Of a DNA stretch of 29,042 nucleotides, positions 26,176 through 29,042 are shown piece by piece. Numbering within the stretch: the first letter of the stretch is position 1; each line of letters starts with the position of its first letter. The translations under genes were made by a program, and so were the position numbers. This DNA is from Armatimonadota bacterium. GTDB lineage: Bacteria > Armatimonadota > UBA5829 > DTLH01. Where the stretch lies: assembly GCA_038207085.1 (NCBI GenBank), contig JBBRAE010000032.1, positions 1-29,042 on the forward strand, given 5' to 3'. The notes under the pieces are model-generated. The model was not told the origin of the DNA and did no database searches. It saw only the letters and a list, made by a program, of their open reading frames with translations.

Positions 26176-27147
26176 ATGCAGAGGAATCGCCTTGGAACCG
26201 TACAGAGACGCCCGATTCGGCGAAAGCGAGCCGTTCGGTGGTTCTGGAGAATATCCGTTTTGGCGATTCTCGGGCTTGTTGTGACCCTCGGAACCGGCGG
26301 CGGCTATTTGTGCATCAAAAGCCCCGTAGTGCGCAACATGATCCACGACAGGTTCGCGGGTGACTGGAAACCCGCAGCCGCTTTCCCAGGGCAGAGTGAA
26401 ATCACCGTAATGCTCCTTGGCAGAGATGTCGACCGCGACAGACACGGCAATATTGTCAAGACAAATGGCCGCACCGACACAATAATGCTCGCACGGCTCG
26501 ACTTCGCGAACAAGACAGCAAATATCCTCTCGATACCGCGGGACACCCGGGTCAGGATCCCCGGACACCGCGGACGGCATAGAATCAACGCCGCACACGC
26601 CTACGGCGGGCCGGAACTGACTGCTGAGACCATCGAGGGTTTCCTTAATATAAAGCCGGACCAATACGTTGTAATCAGCTATGATAGCTTCGAAAAAGCG
26701 CTCGACACGATCGGCGGGCTCGATATCAAGGTCATCAAACAGATGGACTACGACGACAACTGGGGCAACCTTCATATTCACCTGAAACCCGGTCAGCAGA
26801 GACTCGGCGGCAAAGACGCACTCGGATACGTGCGCTTCCGCAAGTCGAACGATGGAGTTGCCGATACCGACCAGGACAGAATCGCTCGCCAGCAGCAGTT
26901 CATCTTTGCGGCAAAGCAGAAGATGCTGGCTACGTCGACATTCTTCAGGCTTCCGGATGTTATCAGCACGATTAGAACCGGCGTGAACAGCTCTATGAGC
27001 GACGCACAGCTTATGTGTATGGCTCAGTTTCTGAAGGGCCTGCCAGCCGAAGCAATACACACCGCAACACTTCCGAGCTCCTCGGGGGTCTATGTTACCG
27101 CTGACGACGGCGAAGCCCGCGACATCGTCAGCAAGATGTTCAACTAG
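26176..27147 (+). CDS. LytR-CpsA-Psr (LCP) family phosphotransferase
   Basis: Basic N-terminus plus TM helix; GRTDTIML, LSIPRDTRV, RINAAHAYGG, ALGYVRFRK, DQDRIARQQ. ATG 26176 follows GGAGGAG. Confidence 0.93.
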   Translation: MQRNRLGTVQRRPIRRKRAVRWFWRISVLAILGLVVTLGTGGGYLCIKSPVVRNMIHDRFAGDWKPAAAFPGQSEITVMLLGRDVDRDRHGNIVKTNGRTDTIMLARLDFANKTANILSIPRDTRVRIPGHRGRHRINAAHAYGGPELTAETIEGFLNIKPDQYVVISYDSFEKALDTIGGLDIKVIKQMDYDDNWGNLHIHLKPGQQRLGGKDALGYVRFRKSNDGVADTDQDRIARQQQFIFAAKQKMLATSTFFRLPDVISTIRTGVNSSMSDAQLMCMAQFLKGLPAEAIHTATLPSSSGVYVTADDGEARDIVSKMFN

Positions 27148-27158
27148 CAAAGGCAATA

Positions 27159-27851
27159 ATGACTCGCGAAGAGTTTGAAAATAACACGATCGAGTTCCTG
27201 AGGACAGCTGGCGGCACCCGCCCCGACCTTCGGGTTGTTGAAGTAAACGGACGGAAGTCGGTTGTCAAAGATTTTCGCCGCAGCGACTTTCTGTTTAGAG
27301 CAATTGTCGGCCCGATCCTTGTCGCCCGTGAAGCGTGCGCGCTTGCACTTCTAAGAGATCTGCCCGGTGTCCCCAACTTGATTGGCAGGGTCGACCGGTA
27401 TTCGATCTCAATCGAGTACATCGATGCGCCGAGCCTCGGCAAGTCCTCAGTGTCCCCACCCCAGTCCTATTTTGACCGACTGAGCGTGATTATGGACACT
27501 GTGCACTCGCGCGGAGTGGTTCACTGTGACCTCAGGAGCGGCGGCAACGCTCTTGTAGATGCCAATATGCAGCCGTGGGTTATCGATTTCGCCGCTTCGG
27601 TCATACGTGGGCGAGGTCTGAACCCGTTCATCAACTTTCTTTTCAAGCAGTTCGTTCTGGCCGACAACCATGCTGTGCTGATCCTCAAGCGCAAGAGCGC
27701 TCCCGAGTTGCTCACACCTGAAGAACAAAGGCTGGTCGAGACCCCGCTACCGTTTGAGAAGATCGGTAAAGCAATCGGAATCAACATCAGAAACCTTACT
27801 CGGAGACTTCTTACGAGGAAAGCTGCCCCAAAAGTCGCTACAAAGCGTTGA
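27159..27851 (+). CDS. Protein kinase-like (RIO1/Kdo-kinase-like) protein
   Basis: VVKDF lysine motif, RE..AL, HSRGVVHCDLR..GN catalytic loop, VIDF. Confidence 0.8.
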   Translation: MTREEFENNTIEFLRTAGGTRPDLRVVEVNGRKSVVKDFRRSDFLFRAIVGPILVAREACALALLRDLPGVPNLIGRVDRYSISIEYIDAPSLGKSSVSPPQSYFDRLSVIMDTVHSRGVVHCDLRSGGNALVDANMQPWVIDFAASVIRGRGLNPFINFLFKQFVLADNHAVLILKRKSAPELLTPEEQRLVETPLPFEKIGKAIGINIRNLTRRLLTRKAAPKVATKR

Positions 27852-27876
27852 CAGCGCGCAGGCCGCATAGTATAAT
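27848..27876 (+). promoter_or_regulatory. Consensus sigma70 promoter of the tRNA operon
   Basis: TTGACA-N17-TATAAT, a perfect consensus ending 11 bp before tRNA-Gly. Confidence 0.92.
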
Positions 27877-27887
27877 AGCGTAGTTTC

Positions 27888-27962
<75 letters not shown>

Positions 27963-27967
27963 TATCT

Positions 27968-28043
27968 GGCGACGTACCCAAGTGGCTAAGGGAGCGGTCT
28001 GCAAAACCGCTATTCGTGAGTTCGATCCTCACCGTCGCCTCCA
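27968..28043 (+). tRNA. tRNA-Cys (anticodon GCA)
   Basis: Acceptor stem GGCGACG/CGTCGCC, anticodon arm GCGGT-CTGCAAA-ACCGC, T loop GTTCGATCC, U73 and CCA. Confidence 0.97.
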
Positions 28044-28061
28044 AGTATTGAGCGTGAAAAT

Positions 28062-28093
28062 GGCCTCCGGAGAAGACTCTCGGAGGCCCTTTT
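28062..28093 (+). terminator. Intrinsic terminator after the tRNAs
   Basis: GGCCTCCGGAG-AAGA-CTCTCGGAGGCC stem followed by CTTTT. An A-tract upstream suggests it may act in both directions. Confidence 0.8.
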
Positions 28094-28120
28094 CGTAATT
28101 CATCCAACTGATTCCCAACA

Positions 28121-28553
28121 TTACTTTCCGCCGATCTTGAATATCGCCTCCATCCGATCAGCGGCCTCCCTCTCCATCGATGGCATTACATGGCCATATC
28201 GATCCATCGTGATTCCAATGTTGGCGTGGCCTGCACGTTGGCTAATGATCTTTGCGTGGATACCTTGTTCGATCAGCAGAGTGATATGACTGTGCCTAAG
28301 ATCGTGGAGACGAACGCGCTTGACATCGGCTTTTGCGAAGATCCTGGCGAAGTTCCCAGAGAGCGTATTCGGCGCGATCGGGTTCCCATCGCCACGGTTG
28401 TAAACCAGGTCCTAGTTCTTGTACAGCTCACCTACCTGTAGTCGCGTCTGAGTCTGGTCTCCCTTGTGCCTGCGAAGGGCCAGTGCAAGAGTTTCGGGAA
28501 TACTGATCGTTCTTCGGCTGCTTGAACACCAGGCCTGCCCTCGTCTGCTCTAG
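28121..28553 (-). pseudogene. Tyrosine recombinase/phage integrase C-terminal remnant
   Basis: Manual minus-strand translation gives LEQTRAGLVFKQPK / TISIPETLALALRRHK...YKN*DLVYNRGDGNPIAP...RVRLHDLRHSHITLLIEQGIHAKIISQRAGHANIGITMDRYGHVMPSMEREAADRMEAIFKIGGK*. The HxxR, GH and catalytic Y motifs are present. There is an in-frame TAG at 28412-28414, a frameshift near 28511, and the IS cuts it at CTAG. Confidence 0.9.
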
Positions 28554-29042
28554 GAGCCTGTCCGAGTATTCGGTCACAAAAAAAGCCTATATATTTCCCG
28601 TGGACAGCATGATTTTGTGGTATGGATGTCGAAGTAATAAATATGAAGACTTACCGACCTTACAATCCTGACCAGCAGTTTCTGATGGCTCCGTCGATTC
28701 GGGAGTGGCTGCCCGATGGTCATCTGGTGTATTTTGTGAGCGACAAGGCCTACCGTCGTGATGAGTTGCCGAAGGAACTTGCTTTTCGCGAGGGTCGTCT
28801 TGCCAAGATAAGACAGGCCATGCGTGAGCTTGAGTCTGAGGCAAAAGAGGCTGCCGGGCAGGACGGGGCTGATGCTGAAGCCGCCGATGCGCCCGAAAAG
28901 CCGAAAAAGCGTGGTCGTCCGAAGAAGAAGCCATCGGGCGTTCCAGAGGACAAGGCGCAGAAGAACTTCACGGACCCCGAGTCGCGGATCATGCTCGCAG
29001 GTGACAAATCGTTCATCCAGGGCTACAATGCGCAACCGGCAT
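28554..29042 (+). mobile_element. IS1182-family insertion sequence (left end; runs off the window)
   Basis: CTAG (28550-28553) is followed by the terminal-IR-like GAGCCTGTCCGAGTA and then an IS1182-type transposase reading frame. Confidence 0.8.
28643..29042 (+). pseudogene. IS1182 family transposase with an in-frame internal deletion (partial at the window edge)
   Basis: MKTYRPYNPDQQFLMAPSIREWLPDGHLVYFVSD is fused to KAYRRDELPKELAFREGRLAKI...KAQKNFTDPESRIM...FIQGYNAQ. The intervening region, including the DGTK motif, is absent. Confidence 0.8.

Noticed and set aside
25990..27156. 388-aa minus-strand ORF
   Set aside because: It is an antisense shadow of the LCP gene.
28190..28441. 83-aa plus-strand ORF (MAISIHRDSNVGVA...)
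   Set aside because: It is the antisense shadow of the tyrosine integrase C-terminus on the minus strand.
28574..29035. Minus-strand ORFs of 153, 115 and 88 aa
   Set aside because: They are antisense to the IS1182 transposase frame.

Overview
This 29 kb bacterial chromosomal window probably comes from an anaerobe (ThiH-type thiazole synthesis, MetVF/AcsE). Armatimonadota is my guess for the lineage, but the sequence alone cannot verify it. From left to right it holds a MATE transporter, a TPP-riboswitch-controlled thiS-thiG-thiH-thiF-thiE operon, then DUF2905-queA and an unusual long-tailed BldC/excisionase-like HTH protein. Next come a GT4 glycosyltransferase with DedA, a coiled-coil hypothetical, an NmrA-like reductase, miaB and a 732-aa glycoside-hydrolase-like orphan. 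These are followed by small membrane proteins with SigB-like promoters and a decayed polysaccharide-modification cluster. On the minus strand, a C1 operon fhs-folD-metF-metV-acsE lies directly behind a PocR-AraC regulator and has tandem 21-bp-phased sites at its promoter. The right end has a 6S RNA, an LCP protein with a kinase-like gene, tRNA-Gly(CCC) and tRNA-Cys(GCA), and the edge of a tRNA-linked island: a tyrosine-integrase pseudogene interrupted by an internally deleted IS1182-family element. The best leads are the stand-alone AraC-controlled methyl-THF module, the putative SigB-type regulon, two structured non-coding regions, and several uncharacterised proteins with telling architectures.
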